A stretch of DNA of 64,000 bases from an uncultured Collinsella sp. (GTDB lineage Bacteria > Actinomycetota > Coriobacteriia > Coriobacteriales > Coriobacteriaceae). Numbering within the stretch: the stretch's first letter is position 1; each line of letters opens with the position of its first letter. Of the stretch, positions 39,765 through 49,226 are shown in pieces. Location: NCBI GenBank assembly GCA_902405995.1, contig CABPCG010000005.1, forward strand, positions 7,116-71,115, read 5' to 3'. Made by a program: the position numbers and the translations under genes. The notes under the pieces were generated by a model. That model was not told where the DNA came from, did not search any database, and worked only from the letters and a program-made list of their open reading frames with translations.

Positions 39765-40883
39765 ATGAATCCAAATCCCTTTAAGCCAACGGCAGGCAAG
39801 CGGCCTCCGATGCTCATCGGTCGAGAGTCGGTCATCGAAGATTTCGAGGAAGGGCTCGATAACGGCGCCGGAGCGCCGGGTAGGCTCATGCTCATTACGG
39901 GAAACCGCGGCTGCGGCAAAACGGTTCTCCTGCGAGAGCTGCAACGTCTAGCCAGCGAGCGCGGATGGGCGGTTATCTCCGATTCTGCTTCGCTTGGCTT
40001 GTGCGATCGCCTGGCCGACGCGCTTCGCTCGAATAAACCCGTTGTGACGTCAATGGAGTTTGGGCCGTCGTTTGGTCGGATGTCGGTCGAGGCGGCTCGG
40101 GCAAAGGGCGAGACGCTACGGGGGCTGGTCAACGAGCGCCTCAAGAAGCTCGGTCCAGGCAAGGGCATCCTGTTTGCGATTGACGAGGCGCAATCTGCGT
40201 CAATCGAGGAACTGGCGGCCCTTGCCGTTCTCTATCAGCAGGTGCTCGGAGATCAGGATGCTACGGGCCTGCCCGATAGCGACCAGCGCGGTCTTGCGCT
40301 GGTATTTGCCGGCTTGCCCAGTATGGTTGACGACCTGCTCGAAGAGCCGAGCGTGACGTTTTTGCGCCGTGCTCAGCAGCGTACGCTGGGGGCGATTTCT
40401 TTGCCCAAGGTGCGCGATTCATATGTCCAGACGGTCAAGGACGCCGGTCTTTACGTTGATGCGGAGACGGCGGACCTTGCGGCGCGCAAGAGTATGGGGC
40501 ATCCCTACATGGTCCAGCTGGTGGGATATTACATGTGGCGCTCTGCTGTCCGGCGTGGCTCGCAGATCATCGAAAGCTGTGATGTCGAGGATGGCCATGC
40601 GGATGCCGTCTCCGAGTTCTACGAAGCGGTCGACGCGCCTCTGTATTACGGGCTGCGCAGTCCACAGCGCCTTTTTATCGAGGCCATGGCTACTGACGAG
40701 GGTAAGCCGACGCGCATGGCGGATATCATTGAGCGCTGCGATCGCACTCAGAGCTGGGCGAGTAAATATCGCGCAAGCCTGATTCGCGAGCGCGTCATCG
40801 AGGCCGCCGGATACGGCCTTGTGCGGTTTACCGTGCCCATGCTGGGCGAGTATATCCGCGACCGCGTTTTATGGCATGAGTAG
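39765..40883 (+). CDS. AAA+ ATPase (Arch_ATPase/ATPase_2-type with C-terminal winged-helix, DUF234-like)
   Basis: Walker A GNRGCGKT, Walker B LFAIDEAQ, 372 aa; stop overlaps next start (ATGAGTAG). Confidence 0.65.
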   Translation: MNPNPFKPTAGKRPPMLIGRESVIEDFEEGLDNGAGAPGRLMLITGNRGCGKTVLLRELQRLASERGWAVISDSASLGLCDRLADALRSNKPVVTSMEFGPSFGRMSVEAARAKGETLRGLVNERLKKLGPGKGILFAIDEAQSASIEELAALAVLYQQVLGDQDATGLPDSDQRGLALVFAGLPSMVDDLLEEPSVTFLRRAQQRTLGAISLPKVRDSYVQTVKDAGLYVDAETADLAARKSMGHPYMVQLVGYYMWRSAVRRGSQIIESCDVEDGHADAVSEFYEAVDAPLYYGLRSPQRLFIEAMATDEGKPTRMADIIERCDRTQSWASKYRASLIRERVIEAAGYGLVRFTVPMLGEYIRDRVLWHE

Positions 40884-40908
40884 GGTGATAAAGGTGACGG
40901 AACAGAAG

Positions 40909-43389
40909 ATGAGCCCGCAAGCTATCGAGGTGCGCGGTGCGCGCGTCCATAACCTTAAGGACATCGATATCGATATCCCGCTGGGAAGGCTCGTGGGCAT
41001 TGCCGGCGTGTCGGGGTCGGGCAAGAGTTCGCTGGCGCTGGGGGTTCTTTATGCCGAGGGCTCGCGCCGTTACCTGGAGGCGCTCAGCACCTATACCCGC
41101 CGACGGCTCACCCAGGCCGAGCACGCTCAGGTGGATGAAGTGCTGCACGTGCCGGCGGCGCTCGCGTTGCATCAGCGCCCTAGTGTGCCAGGCGTACGCT
41201 CGACCTTTGGCACCATGACCGAGCTCAACAACAGTCTGCGTTTGCTCTTTAGCCGCTGTGCCCATCACGTGTGCCCACATTGCGGGGCGCGTGTGGAGCC
41301 GAGCCTTAACGTGGCCGCAGGCCTGTCGCTCACGTGTTCGACATGCGGCCGCGAGTTCTACGCGCCGAGTGCCGAGGATTTGGCTTTCAATAGCGGCGGT
41401 GCATGCCCCACCTGTGGCGGTACCGGTGTCATGCGCGAGGTGGACGAAGCGAGCCTGGTGCCCGACGAGTCCAAGACCATCAACGAAGGCGCGGTGCTTC
41501 CCTGGGGCACGCTCATGTGGGACTTGATGAAGCAGGTAGCCGGCGAGATGGGTGTGCGTACCGATGTGCCGTTTAACCAGCTCACACCTCAAGAGCGCGA
41601 CATCGTGTTCCATGGTCCGGCGGTTAAGAAGCATATTCTCTACGTTCCCAAAAACGGCGAGGGCGCCACGCCGCTCGACTTTACCTATTACAACGCCGTC
41701 TATACCGTCGAGAATGCGCTCGCCAAGGTTAAGGACGATAAGGGGCTTAAGCGCGTTGCGCGCTTTTTGCGCGAGGGGCCGTGCCGCGATTGCGGCGGCA
41801 CGCGTCTTTCCGACGCCGCGCGCCAGCCCCAGGTGCGCGGCATCAATCTGGCGCAGGCGGCGGCCATGACGCTGGGCGAGGCGATTGAGTGGGTGCGCGG
41901 GGTGCCCGCATCCTTGCCGACCGAGATGCGGCCCATGGCGACGGACATCTGCGATTCGTTTTTGAGTACGGCCCGCCGCCTGGTCGATCTGGGTCTCGAC
42001 TACCTTTCGCTCGACCGCGCCGGCGCCACGCTTTCCACGGGTGAGCGCCAGCGCGTACAGCTTGCCCGCGTGGTGCGCAACCGATCGACGGGCGTGCTGT
42101 ATGTGCTGGACGAGCCTTCGATCGGCTTGCATCCTGCCAATGTCGACGGTCTGGTGGGCGTGATGCGCGATCTGGTGGTCGACGGCAATACCGTGGTTGT
42201 TGTCGACCACGACACGCGCGTGCTGGCAGAAGCCGACTATCTGGTCGAGATGGGCCCCGTTGCGGGAGCAGGCGGCGGCCATGTAATCGCCGCCGGTACG
42301 GTAGACGAGGTCGAACAATCGCAGGGCAGCCGCATCGCGCCGTTCTTGCGCTCGGACCCCAAGCGTCTGCGCCCGCAGGTGGCTGACGACGAAATGTTCG
42401 ACCTAGGCCATATCCGCATGGCGACCGATGCCATCCATACCGTCAAACCACTCGAAGTCGATATCCCGCGCGGCCGCCTTGTCGCGGTGACGGGTGTTTC
42501 GGGTTCGGGCAAGACGACACTGGTGCTCGAGACGCTCATCCCGGCGCTCAAGGCACAGGCGGCCGGCGAGCGCCTGCCAAGGCACGTGCGTTGGGTCGAT
42601 GCCGAGGGCATCGCGCGCGCCAACCTGATTGACGCCACGCCCATCGGCGCCAACGTACGCTCGACGGTAGCGACCTATGCCGACATCCATGATGAGCTGC
42701 GCCGCGCCTTCGCCCGTACGCCCGAGGCCAAGGCGGCAGGATATAAAGCGGGTGCCTTTAGCTACAACACTGGCGCTTTGCGTTGCCCCACGTGCGATGG
42801 CACGGGCTCGATATCACTTGACGTGCAGTTTTTGCCCGATGTCGAGATCGTCTGTCCTGCATGTCGCGGCTCGCGTTATGCAGACGCAGCCTCGCATATT
42901 CATCGCGAGGGCAAGGACGGCAGTCTGCTCACGTTGCCGCAGCTCATGGACATGAGTGTGGACGAGGCCCTCGACGCCACGGTGGGACTCAAGAAAGTTC
43001 AGGCGCGCCTGCAGACCTTGCATGGCCTGGGTCTGGGCTACCTGACACTTGGCGAGCCCACGCCGGCGCTCTCGGGCGGCGAGGCGCAGCGACTTAAGCT
43101 TGCGAGCGAGATGGGCCGCGTGCAGGACGATGCCGTATTCGTGTTCGACGAGCCCACCATCGGCCTGCATCCGCTCGATGTTCAGGTACTGCTGAGCGTG
43201 TTTGACGGACTCGTTGCCAAGGGCGCCACGGTCATCGTGATCGAGCATGACCTCGATCTTATCCGCAATGCCGATTACGTGATCGACATGGGCCCAGGCG
43301 GTGGCGATGCCGGCGGGCAGGTCGTCTGCGTCGGCACGCCGGGTGACATCGCGGTCTGCCCTAAGAGCATTACCGGCCGCTATCTATAA
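40909..43389 (+). CDS. UvrA paralog (class II excinuclease ABC subunit A-like, lacks UvrB-binding domain)
   Basis: Two ABC modules (GVSGSGKSS, GVSGSGKTT), Zn-finger CxxC pairs, signature LSGGEAQR; approx 830 aa, shorter than canonical UvrA; alternative start ATG 40876 overlapping upstream stop. Confidence 0.8.
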   Translation: MSPQAIEVRGARVHNLKDIDIDIPLGRLVGIAGVSGSGKSSLALGVLYAEGSRRYLEALSTYTRRRLTQAEHAQVDEVLHVPAALALHQRPSVPGVRSTFGTMTELNNSLRLLFSRCAHHVCPHCGARVEPSLNVAAGLSLTCSTCGREFYAPSAEDLAFNSGGACPTCGGTGVMREVDEASLVPDESKTINEGAVLPWGTLMWDLMKQVAGEMGVRTDVPFNQLTPQERDIVFHGPAVKKHILYVPKNGEGATPLDFTYYNAVYTVENALAKVKDDKGLKRVARFLREGPCRDCGGTRLSDAARQPQVRGINLAQAAAMTLGEAIEWVRGVPASLPTEMRPMATDICDSFLSTARRLVDLGLDYLSLDRAGATLSTGERQRVQLARVVRNRSTGVLYVLDEPSIGLHPANVDGLVGVMRDLVVDGNTVVVVDHDTRVLAEADYLVEMGPVAGAGGGHVIAAGTVDEVEQSQGSRIAPFLRSDPKRLRPQVADDEMFDLGHIRMATDAIHTVKPLEVDIPRGRLVAVTGVSGSGKTTLVLETLIPALKAQAAGERLPRHVRWVDAEGIARANLIDATPIGANVRSTVATYADIHDELRRAFARTPEAKAAGYKAGAFSYNTGALRCPTCDGTGSISLDVQFLPDVEIVCPACRGSRYADAASHIHREGKDGSLLTLPQLMDMSVDEALDATVGLKKVQARLQTLHGLGLGYLTLGEPTPALSGGEAQRLKLASEMGRVQDDAVFVFDEPTIGLHPLDVQVLLSVFDGLVAKGATVIVIEHDLDLIRNADYVIDMGPGGGDAGGQVVCVGTPGDIAVCPKSITGRYL

Positions 43390-43393
43390 GCGA

Positions 43394-43425
43394 TTGTGAC
43401 AAAGGGACAGTCCCTTTGTCACATG
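43394..43425. repeat. Palindromic extragenic element family 1 copy (ttgtgacaaagggacagtccctttgtcacatg)
   Basis: 4 nt after UvrA-paralog stop; also forms left boundary of low-GC island. Confidence 0.9.
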
Positions 43426-43644
43426 CCGGCAAGGCCTGTCAGCATCACGCTTTTCTTTTCTAGCCAATTCTAGTTAAAAGCAGTTAATTACCGTTAAAAG
43501 CTAGCATGTTGTCGACGTAGCACTTGAACAGCTTGTGCCTGAGGACCAAAATGACTTCAGCCCATTCGCGAAATTTGCACGCCCTATAGTGAGTGGGCTC
43601 TCGCTTGAGCCGATGCTGCCAAGAGGCGGCCGATAGGGGCAATT

Positions 43645-44247
43645 ATGGACAATCGAATCTTTGGGTATGCGCGTGTCTCTTCCGCGGACCAGAACTTGGA
43701 TCGTCAGTTAGACGCACTGGGAAGGTTTCCCGTTCAACAGGGTCAGATTTACGCTGACAAGGCAAGCGGTAAGAACTTTAGACGTCCCCAGTACCAGCGT
43801 CTTCTTCGCAGGTTGCGCGAGGGTGACGTTCTCGTGATCAAAAGTATCGACCGATTGGGTCGCGATTATCGTGAAGTCCTCGATGAATGGCGACGCATCA
43901 CGGTGGATAGGCGTGCTGCCATCGTGGTGCTTGATATGCCGTTACTCGATACGCGCGAGCAACCCGATGGCATCACGGGAACGTTCATGGCGGATCTGGT
44001 CCTTCAAATCTTGAGCTACGTGGCGCAGCTGGAGCGCGAGAACATCAAGCAGCGCCAGGCAGAGGGTATCGCGTCGGCGCGCCTGCGTGGCGTGAGATTT
44101 GGGAGGCCGGCGCTCGAACGTCCGGATGGCTATAACGATGTCATCAAATCATTTGAAGGGGGTGAAGTTACGAGGCGAGAGGCCGCAACGCTCCTGAACG
44201 TCAGCGCATCGACGTTCGATCGTTGGAGACGGGCGGACACGAACTGA
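43645..44247 (+). CDS. Serine recombinase (resolvase/invertase family)
   Basis: N-terminal IFGYARVSSADQNLDRQ catalytic serine motif, C-terminal HTH; 200 aa. Confidence 0.9.
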   Translation: MDNRIFGYARVSSADQNLDRQLDALGRFPVQQGQIYADKASGKNFRRPQYQRLLRRLREGDVLVIKSIDRLGRDYREVLDEWRRITVDRRAAIVVLDMPLLDTREQPDGITGTFMADLVLQILSYVAQLERENIKQRQAEGIASARLRGVRFGRPALERPDGYNDVIKSFEGGEVTRREAATLLNVSASTFDRWRRADTN

Positions 44248-44441
44248 TATGACCGTTCGCCGTCTGTCCGTCCTCTTTAACTAGACATTTTGAAGAGGGG
44301 AGTTTATCGCACAGAGCCCACTCCTTCCCTCGATGTTTATCCAGTTCACGCCCTGGAACCAAATAGTGCCACCGCGTTGCCAATTCGTCTGCTTTTTGAC
44401 GAGGGGTTATGAGCTGTAACGTCAATCGAAGGGAAATAGCC

Positions 44442-45257
44442 ATGAAACGAAATGCTACTAAAAAGCAGCCCATGATGGGCTTGCTTGTTCTGCTCATCTG
44501 TTCTCTGGGGTTCATTTCGGCCTGTTCACAGAATGATGCAAACGCTGCAAAGTCGAAATATGTCGACGATAAGGCAATGAATGTTATCGCCGCCGGGTTT
44601 GAGAGAAGGTCCGACGTCATTGAATCTAATGCAAACGATGATGATCCTCATTCAATCGAGAATATCCAGGAAGCTATTGAGGCTGAAATCAAGAACGACA
44701 AGGAACTCAAGAACGCTAGGTTTAAAGATTCCAAGATGCAACAGGACGTAATCACGTATCTGAATCTGCTTGATGACCAGCTTAAGGTTACCGAGGACTA
44801 CTCGCAATCGTCTGCGGATTATTACGAAGAGTGGAATAAAGTCTACGATAAGCGGTCTGCGCAACTCAAGAAGCTTGTTGATAATTACGGGCTGGAAGTA
44901 GGGGAAAAATATAAGGATGATTTCAACGACTTAATTAAGAATGGAAAGTCCGTAGCAGAGAAGACCCGCTATGAGGATGCCATCAACAGTTTGATTCAAG
45001 GAGCAAATTTCGAAAAATCGGATGACGGTTACGGTCTGTATACGTATACGGCGGTAGTTGAGAACACCTCTGGTATATCGTTCTCTAACGTCAGCCTGAC
45101 ACTTGCTCTCTATGATGCAGATGACATCAAAGCGGAGGAGACCTATGCGGACACCTCTTCGTGGGCGCCGGGTGAGAAAGTCAAGTTCGAGGCAATGTCC
45201 GATGTTGACGCTGCGCGCGTTGTCGCATCTGTTTCCAGCTACGATGTAAATAAATAA
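44442..45257 (+). CDS. Lipoprotein with C-terminal FxLYD-like domain
   Basis: Signal peptide plus lipobox LGFISAC; C-terminal LTLALYDADD motif; low-GC codon usage. Confidence 0.6.
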   Translation: MKRNATKKQPMMGLLVLLICSLGFISACSQNDANAAKSKYVDDKAMNVIAAGFERRSDVIESNANDDDPHSIENIQEAIEAEIKNDKELKNARFKDSKMQQDVITYLNLLDDQLKVTEDYSQSSADYYEEWNKVYDKRSAQLKKLVDNYGLEVGEKYKDDFNDLIKNGKSVAEKTRYEDAINSLIQGANFEKSDDGYGLYTYTAVVENTSGISFSNVSLTLALYDADDIKAEETYADTSSWAPGEKVKFEAMSDVDAARVVASVSSYDVNK

Positions 45258-45470
45258 GTTCTGCACGGAAGGGGCGGGTTAATCGGCAATGAATGGTTGA
45301 CCTGCCCGTTTTATGCCAATTATTGAACAACAAGTGCTGCGAACGAATGTGTATATTTCGGATTGCAAACAACTGCCCTCGTTTAAAGACATGCTGAAAA
45401 CGACAATTTAGGCATGAGGTATAACCTACGGCAGTTTCTTAAATAGCAGGGATTTTGAAAGGAATAGGGG

Positions 45471-46142
45471 ATGGATGAGTTGGAGGAAGGCATGGGGGCG
45501 CTGAAAGCGAAACTCGGGAGAATTCTGACGAAACCCAAGGTATTCATCGCGGGCTTGGCGCTTGGCGGGCTGATTGTAGCTGTACTTTTTATTAGCATCT
45601 TTAATAACGGCAAAGCTGCGGGTGCAAAAGAAGCGACCCCCAATACGCTCTCCCCGTCGGTTGTGTTTGAACGTATTGCTTCCCAGAATGAGATGGTTTC
45701 TGCATCGCAGAACTATACGATTGTCGATAAGGTGACAGATACCAAGAGGTTCTTCGATTGGTTTGATATCCCGTTTACAGAAAACAGTTTTTGGTATCGC
45801 TATGTTGGAACCATTAAGGCGGGCGTGAATCTCGAGACGGCAGAGATACATACAAACAAGAAGAAGCTGACCATTACGATGGATGAGCCTTACGTAATTT
45901 CAAACACGCCGGATATGAAGAAATCGGGCGCTCTCGAGGAGCGCAACAACATCCTCAATCCCATTGAGGTCAAAGACGTCACGGCGTTTGAAGCGCAGTG
46001 CAAGGAGCGGAGTGAAAGCGAGGCCATCAAGGATGGCGACCTGCTCGAAGAGGCACGGGTGAACGCCGAAGCAAATATCCGCGCGATGTTCAACTCGGCA
46101 TTTGGCGATGAATATACGGTTGATTTCGACTATCGGAAATAG
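45471..46142 (+). CDS. DUF4230-family membrane-anchored protein
   Basis: N-terminal TM, conserved FWYRYVGTIKAGVNL region typical of DUF4230. Confidence 0.6.
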   Translation: MDELEEGMGALKAKLGRILTKPKVFIAGLALGGLIVAVLFISIFNNGKAAGAKEATPNTLSPSVVFERIASQNEMVSASQNYTIVDKVTDTKRFFDWFDIPFTENSFWYRYVGTIKAGVNLETAEIHTNKKKLTITMDEPYVISNTPDMKKSGALEERNNILNPIEVKDVTAFEAQCKERSESEAIKDGDLLEEARVNAEANIRAMFNSAFGDEYTVDFDYRK

Positions 46143-46151
46143 GAGGTCACA

Positions 46152-47213
46152 ATGGAGGATAAAGACGATCTGGCTGTTGTCGAAAGGGAGGAGCCGCCGC
46201 GACATAAGCAGAGTTTTGATATCCGTAAGGCCGCTGCCGGGTTGGTTGATGGCGCCGGAAGCGCGATGGCGGGCGCGGTTGCAACCGTACAGAAAGTTGC
46301 CGATGGTGCAATGCGTGCTGCAACTCCGCTGGTCGATGACGCCTTGGCAGCTATTGCTGATGCGGCCGATGGTGCGGCAGGTACTGCTGCGGATATCGGT
46401 GACGCGGTCAACGATTGGGCATACCAGCAGCAGCTTAATAGATACAGGCCGGTAACCAAGGAGACCTATCAGAGTCCTTCATTCCATTTGCCGAACATGA
46501 TTCGAATTGTTGACGGAAATGAGCGTCGGGGCATCGACGCCTGTAGAGATGCTATTGGTTGGCTGGATACTGTTAAGGGCACGCAGATTTTCAATCTGTA
46601 CCGCGAGGCAATCGGGGATAGCGAATTGTCTTTCTATCCTAAACCATCTCTTTACTCCACATATTACATAGATGCTTTTGATCGGTCTCGCTTTGTTGAC
46701 CTTGACTCTTATTTCGCAACCATGCAACAAGACAAGATGGCCGAGTTGAGACGGATTGCGTTCATGCTTGGCGCGAAGCGCTGCAAGCTGGAGGTGACGG
46801 AGTACGAGGAAACTCGGCGAGGCCGCCAGGTTAAGGGAAATGCCAAGGCGGGAAAGAGGGGCTCGGTTCGAATCGACGGTTCCTTGAGCGATTCAACGAG
46901 AAGTGAGAAGAAAATTCTGTTTACACAGGAATTTGAGGGCGACATGGTTCCACAGCGCCCTGAGCTCCATTGGTATGCCCATGACTCAGATGTTCTCTTG
47001 TTAATTGAGACGAGATGTGGTGGAGAGGATAAAAACAAGGCGAAGAGCTATCGGGTCGAATTGAAAAGTGAAACGACCATGACCATGTCTGTATCACTTG
47101 CTATGGCTATCGACGAGGCATGCAGCAAACTGAACATAAGGGCGAATTCGAGCCTGACAAGCCAAGCTAAGCGAGAGCTCCGGCAATCGTTTGTATTTGA
47201 AGTTGAATTCTGA
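46152..47213 (+). CDS. Hypothetical protein (Ala/Asp/Gly-rich N-terminal region, approx 250-aa C-terminal domain), no recognised family
   Basis: Strong AGGAGG RBS 7 nt upstream of ATG; 9-nt spacing from DUF4230 gene suggests co-transcription. Confidence 0.5.
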   Translation: MEDKDDLAVVEREEPPRHKQSFDIRKAAAGLVDGAGSAMAGAVATVQKVADGAMRAATPLVDDALAAIADAADGAAGTAADIGDAVNDWAYQQQLNRYRPVTKETYQSPSFHLPNMIRIVDGNERRGIDACRDAIGWLDTVKGTQIFNLYREAIGDSELSFYPKPSLYSTYYIDAFDRSRFVDLDSYFATMQQDKMAELRRIAFMLGAKRCKLEVTEYEETRRGRQVKGNAKAGKRGSVRIDGSLSDSTRSEKKILFTQEFEGDMVPQRPELHWYAHDSDVLLLIETRCGGEDKNKAKSYRVELKSETTMTMSVSLAMAIDEACSKLNIRANSSLTSQAKRELRQSFVFEVEF

Positions 47214-47371
47214 TGTGTGGGGACCATTTGCTGCGGGGTTCCTGTCCTTTACGGGGTGGAAGCGTATAAACCCATACGGTGCAACTCAGTAAAAGCTAGT
47301 AATATACTGGCAATTTTTCTAGTTAAAAGCGTTTAAAACCGGTTAATTCCATTTAAATTAGTAGTTGCGAT

Positions 47372-47402
47372 ATGTGACAAAGGGGCTGTCCCTTTGTCAC
47401 AT
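47372..47402. repeat. Palindromic extragenic element family 1 copy (atgtgacaaaggggctgtccctttgtcacat)
   Basis: Right boundary of island; overlaps 3-prime end of TrmL-like gene on minus strand. Confidence 0.9.
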
Positions 47403-47996
47403 TCCTGGAAAGCCTGTTTGGCGCAGGGCTTCGTAGAGGACGATGGCGGCGCTGTTGGAGAGGTTGAGTGCGCTGATGCGGTAGTCGTCCGGATTGACGA
47501 AGTTGCCGCAGATGTCCTGTTGAAGGATGGCCTCGTGGCTGTCCTCGGTATGCCCGAGCGATTCCTCGTGGGCTTCCCAAACCTCGGCGTTATCGAGCGA
47601 GTCGCAATCGCGCAGCATAGGGATGCGCTCGCAGCGCTCAGGCGCCGCGGCGAGCAGCTCTTCGGGAATCCCCGAGCTCTCGCTGCCAAAGACCAGATAG
47701 TCACCGTCGCGGTAGGTGCTTTGCGCATAGGTTCGGCGCGCCTTTTTGGTCAGCAGGTGCAGGCGCTCGTCGGCGGGGGAGAGACCGTTGCGTGCAAGGA
47801 AATCTTTCCAGCCGGCATATGTCGTCACGTCCAAGTTTTGCCAGTAGCCCAGACCGGCGCGACGCACCGTCTTGTCGTCGAGCGAAAAGCCCAGCGGCTC
47901 CACCAGGTGCAAGCGGGTACCGGTGACCACGCAGGTACGGCCGATATTGCCCGTATTGGCCGGAATCTCGGGCGCGTACAGCACGATATTGAACAT
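47397..47996 (-). CDS. trmL: SpoU/TrmL-type tRNA (cytidine/uridine-2-prime-O)-methyltransferase with approx 42-aa insertion near C-terminus
   Basis: MFNIVLYAPEIPANTGNIGR and C-terminal LNLSNSAAIVLYEALRQ match TrmL (YibK); extra segment CDSLDNAEVWEAHEESLGHTEDSHEAILQQDICGNFVNPDDY between IPML and the knot motif. Confidence 0.7.
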   Translation of the reverse strand: MFNIVLYAPEIPANTGNIGRTCVVTGTRLHLVEPLGFSLDDKTVRRAGLGYWQNLDVTTYAGWKDFLARNGLSPADERLHLLTKKARRTYAQSTYRDGDYLVFGSESSGIPEELLAAAPERCERIPMLRDCDSLDNAEVWEAHEESLGHTEDSHEAILQQDICGNFVNPDDYRISALNLSNSAAIVLYEALRQTGFPGM

Positions 47997-48095
47997 GAAT
48001 CTCCTTGGCTCAGAATGAAAAACCACCACGAAGGGGACAGGCACCTTCGTGGTGGTTTGGCGGTTACGTGGGCAGAAAACGCCCGCTTCGATAGC

Positions 48096-49226
48096 CTAGG
48101 CGCGGTGCCAGTCGGTCAGGCAGGCATCGAGGGCGGCGATGAGCGCGTCCTTGTCCATGTGACGGCCGATGATGCACAGGCTCGTCATGCGGTCGCCCGT
48201 CTCGTCGTCCCAAATCTGCAGGATCTCGGGGTTCTCGTCGATAATCTTCTGCTTTTCGCCCTCGGGCGCAGAATCGACAAACAGACCGTTCTCCATCAGG
48301 CGCATCTGGTGGCCGGCCTGCTCAAACATGTAGCACATGTCCGGATCGCCGGTCTGCCACAGCGGACCCTTGACGCGAATGACCTCATCGGGCCACTCCT
48401 GCTCAACAAAATCGGTGAACTTCTGCAGGTCGAACGGCTTGCGGCGCGAGTACACAAAGGTCTCGATGTCGTACTCGAGCACCTCGGGGTCGTCGTGCTC
48501 CTCGGGATGCTCCATGGCCTCGATCCAGGCGGCGGAGTTGTAGGCGCGCATAAAGTCGAAGCGGTCGGTGTCGAGCAGCTCCTCCATGGGGACCTCGCCG
48601 TTTTGGGCCTCGATAATCACGGCGTCCTTCTGCAGGCTGCGCACAATGGCCTTAAGCTCTGCGATTTGCTCGGGGGTGACGGTGTCAGTCTTATTAAGAA
48701 TCAGCGTGGAGCAAAACTCGATCTGCTGGATGAGCAGGCTCTCGATGTCGTCCTCGTCGATATCCTCGGCTAGCAGATCGCGACCGCCGTTGAACTCGTC
48801 GTACATGCGGGCGCAGTCGACCACGGCCACGATGTTGTCGAGCGCGAGCTTGGGCTCGCCGCCCACCTTGGCCTCGTCGCAGAAGCTCGAGATGGTGTAG
48901 GCGATGGGGATAGGCTCGCAAATACCCGAGGCCTCGATGATGATGTAGTCGAACTTGCCCGAATCGGCGATGCCCTGCAGCTGGTTGGCCAGGTCGTCCG
49001 AAAGCGTGCAGCAGATGCAGCCGTTGGTGAGCGGGATGAGGTCGTCGGTCTCGGAAAGGCCGCCGTCGGCGATAAGGCTGGCGTCGACGTTGATCTCGCC
49101 GATATCGTTGACGATCACGGCGGCGCGGATGCCGCCGTCGTTGGCGAGGATGTGGTTGAGCAGCGTGGTCTTGCCGGCACCGAGGTATCCGGTAAGCATG
49201 ATGATCTTCACGGGTCTGTTGGGCAT
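48096..49226 (-). CDS. COG0523 (CobW/ZigA/YeiR-like) GTP-binding metallochaperone
   Basis: P-loop GYLGAGKTT, CxCC motif NGCICCTL, C-terminal CobW_C-like domain. Confidence 0.8.
   Translation of the reverse strand: MPNRPVKIIMLTGYLGAGKTTLLNHILANDGGIRAAVIVNDIGEINVDASLIADGGLSETDDLIPLTNGCICCTLSDDLANQLQGIADSGKFDYIIIEASGICEPIPIAYTISSFCDEAKVGGEPKLALDNIVAVVDCARMYDEFNGGRDLLAEDIDEDDIESLLIQQIEFCSTLILNKTDTVTPEQIAELKAIVRSLQKDAVIIEAQNGEVPMEELLDTDRFDFMRAYNSAAWIEAMEHPEEHDDPEVLEYDIETFVYSRRKPFDLQKFTDFVEQEWPDEVIRVKGPLWQTGDPDMCYMFEQAGHQMRLMENGLFVDSAPEGEKQKIIDENPEILQIWDDETGDRMTSLCIIGRHMDKDALIAALDACLTDWHRA

Larger units (their letters stand above)
43464..47364. mobile_element. Low-GC island of about 3.9 kb bounded by direct repeats TTCTAGTTAAAAGC (43468-43481 and 47317-47330) and extra GTTAAAAGCTAG copies, carrying serine recombinase and 3 unknown secreted/membrane proteins
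   Basis: Visible drop in GC (approx 45 percent vs more than 60 percent), serine recombinase at 5-prime end, 14-nt exact direct repeats and 4 copies of ttaaaagc(a/t)ag motif at both ends, both ends abut family-1 palindromes. Confidence 0.6.

Noticed and set aside
37095-39944. 949-aa ORF on minus strand antisense to the Tet(M)-like GTPase gene
   Set aside because: Lies entirely antisense to a well-supported gene. The protein is Arg/Ala/Gly-rich low-complexity, typical of stop-free reverse frames in high-GC DNA.
43568-43590. 13-nt exact match to T7-class promoter core (ACTCACTATAGGG on minus strand)
   Set aside because: Only the -7 to +3 portion matches, and the -17 to -8 specificity region does not. 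No single-subunit RNAP gene is present, so this is probably chance.
44201-44620. 139-aa minus-strand ORF overlapping recombinase 3-prime end and lipoprotein 5-prime end
   Set aside because: Antisense to two supported genes with no motif; likely spurious.
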